This document shows positions 41,009 to 51,016 of a stretch of 64,000 nucleotides of DNA, piece by piece. Source of the stretch: Gemmatales bacterium. Its GTDB lineage: Bacteria; Planctomycetota; Planctomycetia; Gemmatales; HRBIN36. A program made the translations under genes and the position numbers. The stretch is from contig JBEPZY010000002.1 in NCBI GenBank assembly GCA_041640595.1, positions 50,884 to 114,883 on the forward strand. Reading direction: 5' to 3'. Position 1 is the first letter of the stretch; each line of letters begins with the position of its first letter. The notes under the pieces are model-generated. The model did no database searches, was not told where the DNA came from, and was given only the letters and a program-made list of their open reading frames with translations.

Positions 41009-42421
41009 TTACGCCCGTCGCCGCCTTTGCCAGAGCTGGCGAAAGCTTTGCCGTGCTGGTGCGGGGAAATCTCGAGTTTTTGTCCATGCCGAAGCCGGTC
41101 CCGGCAAGGCCGAGCACCAGTCCCCGGCGGAGCCAAACCACCATTGCGCCAGCCGCACGGCCCAGCGATAGCGGCGAGGCGATTCCAGTACCCAGCGCCA
41201 CAGGCGGTACGCCCAGCGCTCGCCGATTCCCCCCTGGCTTTCCGCCAGGTCGCGACGCAAGGCGATCAACAAGTGCGGCAGGTTGATCTTCACCGGACAG
41301 GCCGCCAGGCACGCTCCGCACAGCGAGGAGGCATGCGGTAACGGAGCGTAACCTTCCTTGCCGCTATAAAGCGGTGTGAGCACCGCCCCGATCGGGCCGG
41401 AATAAACTCCGCCGTAAGCATGTCCGCCAACCCGCCGATAAACCGGGCAGGCATTCAGACACGCACCGCAACGGATGCACTGTAAACTTTCGCGATAAGG
41501 CCCGCCCAGAATCCGGCTGCGACCGTTGTCGAGGAGGATGAGATGCAGTTCGTCCGGCCCATCCAGTTCGCCAGCTCGTCGCGGTCCGGTCACAAGCGTG
41601 GTGTACACCGAGAGGGGATGCCCCGTCGCTGCCCGTGCCAGCAACTTCAGAAACACCGGCAAATGTTCCCAGCGGGGAATGACCTTTTCGATGCCCATGA
41701 TGGCAATGTGAATGCGCGGCCAGGTGGTGGTCATGCGACCGTTACCTTCGTTGGTGACCAGCACCAGTGTGCCGGTCTCGGCAACCGCGAAATTGACGCC
41801 GGTAATGCCCGCTTCCGCTTCGTAGAAGCGTCTCCGCAATACCTGCCGGCCAGTCTGGGCGATCGCCGGAGCCTCGTCCGGCACCGGCTGGCCGAGGTGT
41901 CGGGACAGAATGGCAGCAATATGTTCCCGGGTGTAATGGATCGCCGGCGCCACGATGTGCGAGGGACGTTCACCGCTTAGCTGGATGATAAATTCGCCGA
42001 AATCCGTTTCGGTCACCTCGATTCCCGCCGCCAGGAGTGCCGCGTTGAGGTGGATTTCCTCGGTGGTCATGGATTTGGCTTTGACCACGGACTTGACCTG
42101 GTGGCGCTGGAGAATTTGCAACACGGTTTGCCGCGCCTGCTCCGCATCCTCCGCCCAGTGCACCTGCCCTCCGGCCCGCTGTACCGCCGATTCCAGTTCT
42201 GCGAGGTACCGATCGAGGTGAGCCAGGGTGTGGGCTTTGATTTGTTTGGCATAAGTGCGCAAACGATCACTATCGGGCAATTCTGCAAAACCGCGGCGAT
42301 TGCCCTGCTGCAGGGTCTGGGTCAGGCGTGCCAGAGCTTGCTGCAAACGCGGGTCGTGCAAGGCCAGCCGACTGGCCGCCCGGAAAGCCTGATGCTCTTC
42401 TCGACGGTAATCGTGGACCAT
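41009..42421 (-). CDS. lutB: L-lactate utilization Fe-S protein LutB/LldF
   Basis: KSMTTEEI, ETDFGEFIIQL, PSHIVAPAIH, TNEGNGR, CIRCGACLNACP, SSLCGACLAACP; ATG overlaps the lutA TGA. Confidence 0.93.
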   Translation of the reverse strand: MVHDYRREEHQAFRAASRLALHDPRLQQALARLTQTLQQGNRRGFAELPDSDRLRTYAKQIKAHTLAHLDRYLAELESAVQRAGGQVHWAEDAEQARQTVLQILQRHQVKSVVKAKSMTTEEIHLNAALLAAGIEVTETDFGEFIIQLSGERPSHIVAPAIHYTREHIAAILSRHLGQPVPDEAPAIAQTGRQVLRRRFYEAEAGITGVNFAVAETGTLVLVTNEGNGRMTTTWPRIHIAIMGIEKVIPRWEHLPVFLKLLARAATGHPLSVYTTLVTGPRRAGELDGPDELHLILLDNGRSRILGGPYRESLQCIRCGACLNACPVYRRVGGHAYGGVYSGPIGAVLTPLYSGKEGYAPLPHASSLCGACLAACPVKINLPHLLIALRRDLAESQGGIGERWAYRLWRWVLESPRRYRWAVRLAQWWFGSAGDWCSALPGPASAWTKTRDFPAPARQSFRQLWQRRRRA

Positions 42422-43143
42422 CACCCGTTTTGGCACGCCAGAACCTCCGCCAGATGCATCGGCCGGACGCCAATCTTATGCCGACGCAGATACCCGCCGA
42501 TGTTCATCAGACACCCGGCATCGGTGGAGATGACATAATCGGCACCGCTGGCCTGGATACAGCGGCATTTATCCCGCACCATGGCGGTGCTGATTTCCGG
42601 AAATCGCACGCTGAACGATCCGCCAAAACCGCAGCATTCGTCCTGCCGTTCCAGGGGCAACAATTCCAGCCCACGCACCTGGCGGAGCAGCCGCAGGGGA
42701 TAATCGCTGATGCCCAGTGGGCGTAAATGACAGGCAGGATGGTAAACTGCTTTTCCCTTCAGGGTCGCCCCGACGTCTTCGCGTCTCAGCACTTCGATCA
42801 AAAACGCGGAGAGTTCCCAGGTCTTTTCGGCCAGCGCTTTCGCTCGCCGGAACCAGTCTGCATCGTCCCGAAACAATTCCGGATATTCCAGCCGCACCAT
42901 GGCCGCACACGAACCGGAAGGCGTCACCACGTATTGCGCCTGCGAAAAAACCTGCACCGTGTGCCGTGCCAGTGCTCGGGCATCCTGCCAGTAGCCGCTA
43001 TTGAAATGCGGCTGGCCACAGCAGGTTTGCCCGTTCGGAAACTCCACCTCCACTCCCAGACGCTCCAGCAATCGAACCGTGGCCCAACCGACCCGCGGAA
43101 AAAACACATCCCCCAGACACGTGACCAGCAAAGCGACGCGCAT
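42421..43143 (-). CDS. lutA: L-lactate utilization CCG-domain protein LutA/LldE
   Basis: VTCLGD, QTCCGQP, PSGSCAAM, YHPACH, ECCGFGGSF, DAGCLMNI. Confidence 0.92.
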   Translation of the reverse strand: MRVALLVTCLGDVFFPRVGWATVRLLERLGVEVEFPNGQTCCGQPHFNSGYWQDARALARHTVQVFSQAQYVVTPSGSCAAMVRLEYPELFRDDADWFRRAKALAEKTWELSAFLIEVLRREDVGATLKGKAVYHPACHLRPLGISDYPLRLLRQVRGLELLPLERQDECCGFGGSFSVRFPEISTAMVRDKCRCIQASGADYVISTDAGCLMNIGGYLRRHKIGVRPMHLAEVLACQNG

Positions 43144-43144
43144 G

Positions 43145-43882
43145 TTATAGAAGCCTGCGTGCCTGGCGTTCCAGCTCCTCCCGTACAAAACGCAGGGCCG
43201 GTTCCGCCATGCGGTAAAAGTAATCCCAGGAATGGCCGCCCGCGCTGGTGAGCAGGTCGCAGGTATGCTCGATCCCCAGGGCCGTCAGCTTTTCTCGCAG
43301 CCTCTCGTTGCCGCGGTACCAGAAGTCCGCCGGATCACAGCAAAAGTAAATGGCCCGCGGCCAAGATTCCAGTTGGATTTGCAACACCGCACTCGCCAGC
43401 CGACAGTGTTCCCGACTGGAATACATCACATCCAGTTCCGAACCCTGGCCCCAGGCCTCGTAAAAGTCAATGGTCGGGCTAATCGCAGCCACTACCGGAA
43501 ACGTTTGCGGATAACGAAACGCCAGACGCAACGCCCCATGGCCACCCAGACTCACCCCGAACAGCCCAATACGTCCGGGCTTCAGTTGCCATTGCTCCTG
43601 CAACCACGGCAGCACTTCCTGCATCAGGTACTCCTCGGCAGAACGCTCAGCGTCAAAACTCGGAGCAATCCGATCCAGCCACCAGCCTTCTCCACCTAAC
43701 GGCGCCACACACGCCAAACCTAACCGTTCCAGCCAGTAGGTGAAATATGGTTCGTCGCGCAGTAAAACCCGATCGCGACCATGCAAATAAATCACGCACC
43801 AGACCGGTCGCCTGTCCTCCACCGGACAGAACCAGTCCAGTTCATGCCCTGCTACCTGGTAGCGCTGCCAATCTGCTGGCAT
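43145..43882 (-). CDS. Esterase-family alpha/beta hydrolase
   Basis: YLHG, GVSLGG nucleophile elbow, GGHSWDY. Confidence 0.85.
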   Translation of the reverse strand: MPADWQRYQVAGHELDWFCPVEDRRPVWCVIYLHGRDRVLLRDEPYFTYWLERLGLACVAPLGGEGWWLDRIAPSFDAERSAEEYLMQEVLPWLQEQWQLKPGRIGLFGVSLGGHGALRLAFRYPQTFPVVAAISPTIDFYEAWGQGSELDVMYSSREHCRLASAVLQIQLESWPRAIYFCCDPADFWYRGNERLREKLTALGIEHTCDLLTSAGGHSWDYFYRMAEPALRFVREELERQARRLL

Positions 43883-44094
43883 CGTCGCCCTTGTTCACTC
43901 TCGCCTTTGCTACCCCTCCGATAGCTCGATCGCTTCGTGCCTGGCGTCTCGCTGGCACCGCCGCTGGCATTGTATGGAAAATCTGTCACGTTTTTGATTC
44001 TCGCCGCGTTTTAAAGGCAAGCGGTTCCCGGATCGCCCAGCCAGTCGGCAGGGTAATGACTGGCACCGGAGCCGTCCTATCCAGGAGACAAGCG

Positions 44095-45021
44095 ATGATG
44101 AGTGTCGCCATCCACCCGCCCGTCACTTTCCACGGTCTCAGCGTCTATTTCCTCGAAACACCAGCCTCGGCGAATTTGACCGATTGCGAGTTTACCACTT
44201 TGCTCGACGCTCTCGAAACCGGTCTGGTCATTATCCAGGAGCATCGCCAGCCGACCATCCGCCAACTGCGGGTGGAAAATCGCAGCGACAAACTGGTATT
44301 CGTCCTGCCCGGCATGGTGGTATTCGGAGGATACCAGGATCGCGTGATTGCCACGGCCGCGGTTCTCGAACCCGGAGAGCAAACACTCGACCTGCCGGCA
44401 TTCTGCGTCGAACCGCAACGCTGGCACCCCATTCGTGGGCGGGAATTTTACGTGACTCAGGCCAAAGAAATGCACTACGCTCCCCGCAAAGTTCGCACTG
44501 CTGCCCTGCTTCAGGAAGACCAGTTAGCTGTCTGGGAAGCCACAGATTCCTTCCGCAAACAGGCCCGCACCTCCGTACAGGCACCGCTTTATTCCAGTAG
44601 CCTGCGCGATGTTATCGAGTGCCAGGACCTGGTAAAGACCACTGCCAACTTCAGCCGGCAATGCGATGACGCCCTGGCCTCTTATCCCAACGCAAATGGT
44701 CTGGCTTTCGTTCTTGGTAATTCAGTGGCCGAGATAGACCTGTTCGGCACGCCCCAGCTTCTTGGTGTTTGTGCCCCTATCTTGATTCAAAGTTATGCCC
44801 GAGACGCTATTATCACCCGGCCAACTGAAAAGCAACCCAGCACCCAGGTCGAGAATCAGATTTACCAGCTGACACTTGCCGAGTTAGCCACTAAACATCA
44901 CGAAGCCCGCCCCGCGAAACATAACCGGCTCTATCTTGGTTCGCACAACGACACTTATGATGTTCTGCTGCTAACTTATCGTGACCAGCCCGTGTATAAG
45001 CAAATCCTTTCTCGCCTCTGA
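44095..45021 (+). CDS. DUF6569/ARPP-1-like domain protein
   Basis: L.VENRSDK.VFVLPG.VV.GG.QDRVI, LPAFCVEPQRW, Q.AVW; AGGAG RBS; family recognised from memory only. Confidence 0.6.
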   Translation: MMSVAIHPPVTFHGLSVYFLETPASANLTDCEFTTLLDALETGLVIIQEHRQPTIRQLRVENRSDKLVFVLPGMVVFGGYQDRVIATAAVLEPGEQTLDLPAFCVEPQRWHPIRGREFYVTQAKEMHYAPRKVRTAALLQEDQLAVWEATDSFRKQARTSVQAPLYSSSLRDVIECQDLVKTTANFSRQCDDALASYPNANGLAFVLGNSVAEIDLFGTPQLLGVCAPILIQSYARDAIITRPTEKQPSTQVENQIYQLTLAELATKHHEARPAKHNRLYLGSHNDTYDVLLLTYRDQPVYKQILSRL

Positions 45022-45037
45022 ATTGCCCGATAAGCCA

Positions 45038-46021
45038 TCAGCCTGCTTTATTCGGCTTGCGTACATGGCCCAGGCATATTTCCATGGCGGGAATAAAGTA
45101 TAAGATGGCCCCATGATGACTGCAATCGAACAAAATAAGTTTTGCGTTAGCGGCTCTGGCGAGATTCTCCGCTGCCTGAGCAGGAACAATCTCATCGCGC
45201 TTGCCCGCCAGCATGATCACGTCGCGATCCCGCAACCTCGCCGCATAAGTGAGTGGATCAAGCGGTGCGATAAGCTCCTGTAACCGCTCTTTCGTACCGC
45301 CGAGCGCCTCCCAGAGCTTTCTATAGGGGGCGATACGAGGATGATGATAGTAGGCCTCCACCAGTCCTCCCCCGCCTAGCATCAACATCACCCGCCGAAA
45401 AGCCGGCTCCATTTCCGCAGATAAAGCCGCTACAAAACTGCCAAAACTGGTACCCAGAATCGCCAGCCGCTCATTATCTATCTCAGGCCGACTAAGCAAG
45501 ATCGCTGCAGCACGCCGGACATCACTGACTGCTTGCGCCATGGCAGAGCGCGTGTGGTCGAGATTGAGCGAAAGAAAGCGAACGTTTCCTGGCCGACGCG
45601 GGCCATAATACGGAAGATAGAGCGTCATCGCAGCCACACCCCGCATGGCTAAATACAACGCCTGCGCTCGCGCCACCCGCTGCGTGCCATCTAATATGTC
45701 GAGCACAATTACCCCGGGCACGCGCTGACCGTTCGCCCGACGCGGCAGATAATAGTGACCATATACCACATTATTCACCTCATACGGCGACGGACGGGCA
45801 CTGGGAAACCTGATCTCATAAATAAACAGGTCTAAGTTCTCCACCTCCTGCACCAGGCGCATGCGATAACGAAACGGCTCCGCCGACATTCGATACAACT
45901 CTGGCTTAGTGGCTTCCGCCTGTTCATCTATGCGAGGCCGAACCTCATGTTCTACACTGGCAGCCTCGTGGAGTCCGCACAGGAATGTCAGCACCACGCT
46001 GAGAATGCCGGCCGGGATCAT
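45038..46021 (-). CDS. Secreted alpha/beta hydrolase
   Basis: Signal peptide; LPYYGPRR, GTSFG, DEIVP, CSHHG. Confidence 0.8.
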   Translation of the reverse strand: MIPAGILSVVLTFLCGLHEAASVEHEVRPRIDEQAEATKPELYRMSAEPFRYRMRLVQEVENLDLFIYEIRFPSARPSPYEVNNVVYGHYYLPRRANGQRVPGVIVLDILDGTQRVARAQALYLAMRGVAAMTLYLPYYGPRRPGNVRFLSLNLDHTRSAMAQAVSDVRRAAAILLSRPEIDNERLAILGTSFGSFVAALSAEMEPAFRRVMLMLGGGGLVEAYYHHPRIAPYRKLWEALGGTKERLQELIAPLDPLTYAARLRDRDVIMLAGKRDEIVPAQAAENLARAANAKLILFDCSHHGAILYFIPAMEICLGHVRKPNKAG

Positions 46022-46035
46022 AGGGAATACCTCAT

Positions 46036-48231
46036 TCAGTTTTCAAAGCGAGTGCCTCGTTCACTGAGAGCCAGAGCACTGCGGGCCACTTGTCGCACTG
46101 TTCGTTCCTTAACTTCGCGTTGCAGGCGTTCGATGACGGCAGCCAGAGGCATAAGTCCTAAGTCTCCTTCGAGCCGGTCGCGCAGGGCCACACCGCCGCT
46201 CTGTTGCTCTCGCTCACCCACGATAAGCATATAAGGAATTTTTTCTAATTGAGCGTCGCGGATTTTGGCGCCAATTTTTTCCGGCCGCAGATCACAGGTA
46301 ACGCGAAACCCGTGATCCCGTAATTGGGCTTCGATCTGCAAAGCGTATTCCTGAAACCGATCACTCACCGGCAGGACGCGGGCTTGCTCCGGCGCCAGCC
46401 AGAGCGGAAAGGCTCCGGCAAAATGCTCTATCAAGATGCCGCAAAATCTCTCAAAGGAGCCAAAAGGAGCCCGATGAATCATAATGGGCCGATGCCGCTG
46501 ATTATCAGCTCCGACATATTCGAGCTCGAACCGCTCCGGCAAGTTATAATCGAGTTGCACCGTGCCCAGTTGCCACTCTCGACCTAAACAATCGCGCACC
46601 ACGAAATCAATCTTCGGCCCGTAAAACGCCGCTTCGCCTTTTTCAGCATGATAGGGCATCTGCAATTGGCGGACTATGTCTAATAAAGTTTGCTCTGCCC
46701 GATTCCAGTTCTCATCCTTGCCGACATATTTATTGCTGCCGGGATCACGCAAACCCACACGCACGCGGTAATCGTTCAAGCCAACGCTCCGCAGGACGAA
46801 CAGGACGAGCTCCAGGTTGGAAACCATTTCGGCCTCGACCTGTTCCGGCGTAACAAATAAATGGGCATCATCCTGCGTGAAACCGCGGACGCGAGTCATG
46901 CCCGAAAGTTCACCGGTCTGCTCATAGCGATAGACCGTGCCAAACTCCGCTAAGCGTACCGGTAAATCGCGGTAGCTGCGCAACTCCGCTTTGTAAATCT
47001 GAATATGATGCGGGCAATTCATTGGCTTAACTAAATACGCCTCCTGCTCCGCTAACCATTCCTGCAAAGCGCGCAACTTCTCAGTATCACTTCCTGCCCG
47101 CTCATAGTCGCCGATATTTAGACCGAAACTTTTTGCCAGAGCGAGAAAGGCAGCCTCCTGATCGGGTCTAAGCTTACCAGCAGCGAGTAGTTCTGCCCAG
47201 GTGTCCACTGTCTGGCCCAGCGGGTGCACATAAAGGGGAGGATACTGAGCATCGCGATAATAAGGAAAATGCCCGCTGGTACGATATAATTCCAGCCGTC
47301 CAAGATGCGGCGTATAGACCGGCTGATAGCCTCGCTTGACTAATTCCTCGCGGATAAAACTTTCAAGAATATGGCGAATCGTGGCACCGCGAGGCATCCA
47401 TAGCACTAAACCGCTGCCCACCATCGGTGAGAGCGTGAATAAGCGCAACTGCTTACCGAGAACTCGGTGGTCCCGTTTTTTCGCCTCCTCGAGTTGCTGT
47501 AGAAAAGCATCCAGGTCCTGTTGCCGGAAGAAAGCCGTGCCATAGAGCCTTTGTAATTGCGGACGGTTAGCATCATTTTTCCAGTAGGCCCCAGCGATAC
47601 TAAGTAACTTGAAGGCGCGGATATAACCAGCATGCGGCACATGGGGGCCGCGACATAGATCGAGAAACTCACCCAGGCGGTAGAAACTTAGTCGGGGATA
47701 CTGGTGAAGTTGCTCATCTATATGCTCGACTTTATAGGTCTGCTGCAGGTCTGCACAAAGTGCACGGGCTTCCGCTGTGGATAGTTCTAAGCGTTCGAAA
47801 GGCTCGGCTCGTTCCGCGAGCCGACGCATTTCCGCTTCGATGCGTGGAAAATCCTCTTCCCGAATCGGCGGCTGGACATCAATGTCGTAATAAAACCCGC
47901 TTTCTGTTGCCGGTCCGAATGCCAGTTTCGCTCCGGGAAACAGACGCAGCACCGCCCGCGCCATCAGATGCGCTGCACTGTGGCGCAATACGTCCAGGGC
48001 TTCCCGATCCGCCGATGTCAGTAAGCGCAGGCTCGCCGTCTTCTGCTCCAGGCCGAGTTCGCGCAGCAATTCCTGAGTAATCGGTCGGCTCAGATCGAGA
48101 ATTTGGCCATCCAGAGCCGCAGCCACGTACTCTTTCTTATCCCGCCCTTTTAGCTCAGCGGCGATCTCCAGTGGCCGAATTCCTTCGGGGTATCCACGCA
48201 CAGTTCCGTCGGGCAATTGCAAGCGAATCAT
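46036..48231 (-). CDS. thrS: Threonine-tRNA ligase
   Basis: TGS domain, RHSAAHLMA, DLCRGPH, KPMNCPHH, RVRGFTQDDAH, AAFYGPK, IHRAPFGS. Confidence 0.98.
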   Translation of the reverse strand: MIRLQLPDGTVRGYPEGIRPLEIAAELKGRDKKEYVAAALDGQILDLSRPITQELLRELGLEQKTASLRLLTSADREALDVLRHSAAHLMARAVLRLFPGAKLAFGPATESGFYYDIDVQPPIREEDFPRIEAEMRRLAERAEPFERLELSTAEARALCADLQQTYKVEHIDEQLHQYPRLSFYRLGEFLDLCRGPHVPHAGYIRAFKLLSIAGAYWKNDANRPQLQRLYGTAFFRQQDLDAFLQQLEEAKKRDHRVLGKQLRLFTLSPMVGSGLVLWMPRGATIRHILESFIREELVKRGYQPVYTPHLGRLELYRTSGHFPYYRDAQYPPLYVHPLGQTVDTWAELLAAGKLRPDQEAAFLALAKSFGLNIGDYERAGSDTEKLRALQEWLAEQEAYLVKPMNCPHHIQIYKAELRSYRDLPVRLAEFGTVYRYEQTGELSGMTRVRGFTQDDAHLFVTPEQVEAEMVSNLELVLFVLRSVGLNDYRVRVGLRDPGSNKYVGKDENWNRAEQTLLDIVRQLQMPYHAEKGEAAFYGPKIDFVVRDCLGREWQLGTVQLDYNLPERFELEYVGADNQRHRPIMIHRAPFGSFERFCGILIEHFAGAFPLWLAPEQARVLPVSDRFQEYALQIEAQLRDHGFRVTCDLRPEKIGAKIRDAQLEKIPYMLIVGEREQQSGGVALRDRLEGDLGLMPLAAVIERLQREVKERTVRQVARSALALSERGTRFEN

Positions 48232-48441
48232 GTATCACCTCTTTCGTATTTTTGTTTTTCAGGCCTTCGCGCAGTAAGTGTACATTATCCGGCCACTCCT
48301 GTCAGCTGCTAAAATCCCCCAGGTTCGGTGGTGGACGGTTACGCTGGCCGTGGTTAGTACGCGCAGGCCAGCACACCTGCCAATCGTCCAGATTCGCTGG
48401 GAATACTTGACGCATCGAGGCCATGAAATAAAATGGACGTA

Positions 48442-48457
48442 TCAAACAAATGTTTGA
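48442..48457. promoter_or_regulatory. Putative TetR operator palindrome TCAAACA-AA-TGTTTGA
   Basis: Perfect 7-bp inverted repeat ending 28 bp before the TetR start codon. Confidence 0.7.
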
Positions 48458-48484
48458 AACGAACGATCCAAACAGGCGCTGGCC

Positions 48485-49153
48485 ATGCACGAGAAGGTGT
48501 CAGAACACATTTTGCAGGTTGCCGGTCAGCTTTTTGCTGAGCGGGGTTATCGCGCGGTGACGGTACGGGAGATTTGCCGACGGGCCGGCGTCAACATCAG
48601 TGCGGTAAATTACTATTTCGGCAGCAAGGAAACGCTGTATCTGGAAACCGTTCGCTTTGCCGCCCGGCAGTGCACGAGAAATGTTCCAATCGTTACCTGG
48701 ACCGAAACTGACCCCCCGGCAAGCCGGTTGCGACAATTCATTCACGGCATGTTACATCGGGTGGTGCGCGATGAGGAGCCAAGCTGGCCGGCGCAATTGC
48801 TCATGGTGGAAATCGTCCGGCCAACACGCGCCTGTCAGCGTTTTGTCCGCGAATTTGTCCGTCCTAATTTCCAGGCTCTGCTGGATATTTTGCAACAATT
48901 CCTGCCCAGGCCATGCCCGGAAAAAACCCTCTACCGCCTGGCTTTCAGTATCGTCGGCCAATGTCTCTATTACCGAATGTGTCGGTCGGTGATGTCGTTG
49001 CTGGCAGGTCCTCAAGCACCTGCCTTATTAGACCTGGAGAGTCTTACCGAACATATTACCAATTTTAGTCTGGCCGGGATTCAGGGTATTGCTCGGCCGC
49101 TCCGTCGCCGTCGTCGCTATGCTCCTGCGACCACACGAGGAGAACTGTCATGA
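48485..49153 (+). CDS. TetR-family regulator (CecR/DUF1956-like)
   Basis: LFAERGY..VTVREIC.RAGVNISAVNYYFGSKETLY; FSIVGQCLYY; ITNFSLAGI. Confidence 0.9.
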   Translation: MHEKVSEHILQVAGQLFAERGYRAVTVREICRRAGVNISAVNYYFGSKETLYLETVRFAARQCTRNVPIVTWTETDPPASRLRQFIHGMLHRVVRDEEPSWPAQLLMVEIVRPTRACQRFVREFVRPNFQALLDILQQFLPRPCPEKTLYRLAFSIVGQCLYYRMCRSVMSLLAGPQAPALLDLESLTEHITNFSLAGIQGIARPLRRRRRYAPATTRGELS

Positions 49154-50286
49154 TCTGGATTGCGTTCCAGATGCTGACCGGCGATAGAGCTAAGTATTTT
49201 GGCATACTGGTCGGCATTTCCTTCGCTACTCTGCTCATTGCTCAGCAAAGCTCGATTTTCTGTGGCCTGCTGCTCACTGCCAGCAGCCAGATTTATGACG
49301 CCAAGGATGCTCCCATCTGGGTTATGGACCCCGGTATGCAGTTCGTGGATGATATCAAGCCCCTGTCTGAGAATGAACTTCTGCGCGTTCGCGGAGTTAG
49401 CGGTGTGGCCTGGGCTGCCCGATTTTATAAGGGACTCGGTCGGGCTCGTTTCAGTGACGGCAAATTCCAGCAGATGATGATTCTCGGACTCGATGACGCT
49501 TATATGGTGGGTGCCCCGCGGGAAATCGTCGTTGGCAGTCTGGATGATTTGCGCCAGCCCGATGCGGTTATCATGGACGAACGCGGTTATCGTTATCTCT
49601 GGCCCGGAGAACCTTATATATTGGGACGAACCTTCGAGATGAACGATCGGCGGGCAGTGCTGGTAGGTATCTGTAAAGCCTCGCGCACATTCCAGACCTT
49701 CCCGATCATCTATACGCGATTCAGTCAGGCTCTTCGTTTTGCTCCTCAAGAACGCAAGGCTCTTTCGTTTATTTTAGCAGCACCGAAACCAGGCTTAGAT
49801 GCTAAGGAGCTCTGCGAACGAATTACTAAGCAAACACGCCTCAAAGCTCTTACCCGAGAAGAATTTGCCTGGGTGACCATCTGGTACTATCTTCGGCGAA
49901 CCGGCATTCCTATCAATTTCGGGACGACTGTGCTTCTGGGGTTTTTCGTGGGCACTGCTATAGCAGGACAAACGTTCTACCTCTTCACAATCGAGAACCT
50001 GCGGCAGTTCGGGGCGTTGAAAGCTATGGGTCTAACCAATCTGCGTCTTATCGGGATGGTTCTGTTCCAGGGACTTTTTGTCGGCACGGTTGGCTACGGG
50101 TTAGGCATCGGTCTGGCGGTGGGATTTGGCTTACTCGCCGACCGTTCCGATCGGCTCTCGTTTTTTATGCCCTGGCAGGTATTAGTGGGGACTGCGGTTG
50201 CGGTATTACTGATCGTGGTGCTTTCGAGTATTTTCAGCCTGCGCAAAGTGCTCGTATTAGAACCCGCGCAGGTTTTCCGTGCTTAG
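49150..50286 (+). CDS. ABC transporter permease (DevC/FtsX-like)
   Basis: ML.GDRAKY, ENLRQFGALKAMG, LEPAQVFR; 4 TM segments. Confidence 0.9.
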   Translation: MIWIAFQMLTGDRAKYFGILVGISFATLLIAQQSSIFCGLLLTASSQIYDAKDAPIWVMDPGMQFVDDIKPLSENELLRVRGVSGVAWAARFYKGLGRARFSDGKFQQMMILGLDDAYMVGAPREIVVGSLDDLRQPDAVIMDERGYRYLWPGEPYILGRTFEMNDRRAVLVGICKASRTFQTFPIIYTRFSQALRFAPQERKALSFILAAPKPGLDAKELCERITKQTRLKALTREEFAWVTIWYYLRRTGIPINFGTTVLLGFFVGTAIAGQTFYLFTIENLRQFGALKAMGLTNLRLIGMVLFQGLFVGTVGYGLGIGLAVGFGLLADRSDRLSFFMPWQVLVGTAVAVLLIVVLSSIFSLRKVLVLEPAQVFRA

Positions 50287-50296
50287 GAAGCTAGAG

Positions 50297-51016
50297 ATGA
50301 ATGCTGCGGTGATTTGTCGAAAGGTAGTAAAGGTCTTTGGCGACGGCGAGCCAGTTTACGCCCTGCGCGGGGTGGACCTGCAACTTCCGTTCGGAGAACT
50401 GTCACTGCTGGTAGGGCCCTCCGGGTCAGGCAAAACGACGTTATTGTGTATCTTAGCGGGTCTCTTATATCCCACCTCTGGCGAAGTAGAGGTGCTTGGA
50501 CATCGCTTACACGAGATGAGTGCCCGAGAGTTAGTGCGCCTGAGAGCCCGCGAAATTGGTTTCGTCTTTCAGCAGTATAATCTTTTGCCCGCGCTAACAG
50601 CTCAGGAAAACGCTGCGGTACCCTTGTTAATTCAGGGGGTGCCGCGTCGGCAAGCATTACAGCGGGCGGCAGAATTATTAGAAGAATTAGGCGTGGCCGA
50701 TCGGATGCACGCTTATCCTCACCAGCTGTCCGGAGGTCAGCAGCAGCGGGTGGCCATTGCTCGTGCCCTGGTGCATCAGCCACGCTTCCTGGTATGCGAT
50801 GAACCGACGGCAGCCCTCGATGCGGAATCTGGACGTCGGACTATGGAACTGATTCGCCGGGTGATTGTCCGGCCCGATCGCGCTGTGCTGGTAGTCACGC
50901 ACGATTCCCGCATTTTTGATTTTGGCCAGCGCATCATCTATATGAACGATGGTGTGGTGGTCCGTGAGGAAGTTCCCAGCCAGCAAGGGCACTTGATTGC
51001 AGGAGCGCCGTCATGA
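50297..51016 (+). CDS. ABC transporter ATP-binding protein (DevA/LolD-like)
   Basis: GPSGSGKTT, LSGGQQQR, CDEPT, VTHD. Confidence 0.93.
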   Translation: MNAAVICRKVVKVFGDGEPVYALRGVDLQLPFGELSLLVGPSGSGKTTLLCILAGLLYPTSGEVEVLGHRLHEMSARELVRLRAREIGFVFQQYNLLPALTAQENAAVPLLIQGVPRRQALQRAAELLEELGVADRMHAYPHQLSGGQQQRVAIARALVHQPRFLVCDEPTAALDAESGRRTMELIRRVIVRPDRAVLVVTHDSRIFDFGQRIIYMNDGVVVREEVPSQQGHLIAGAPS

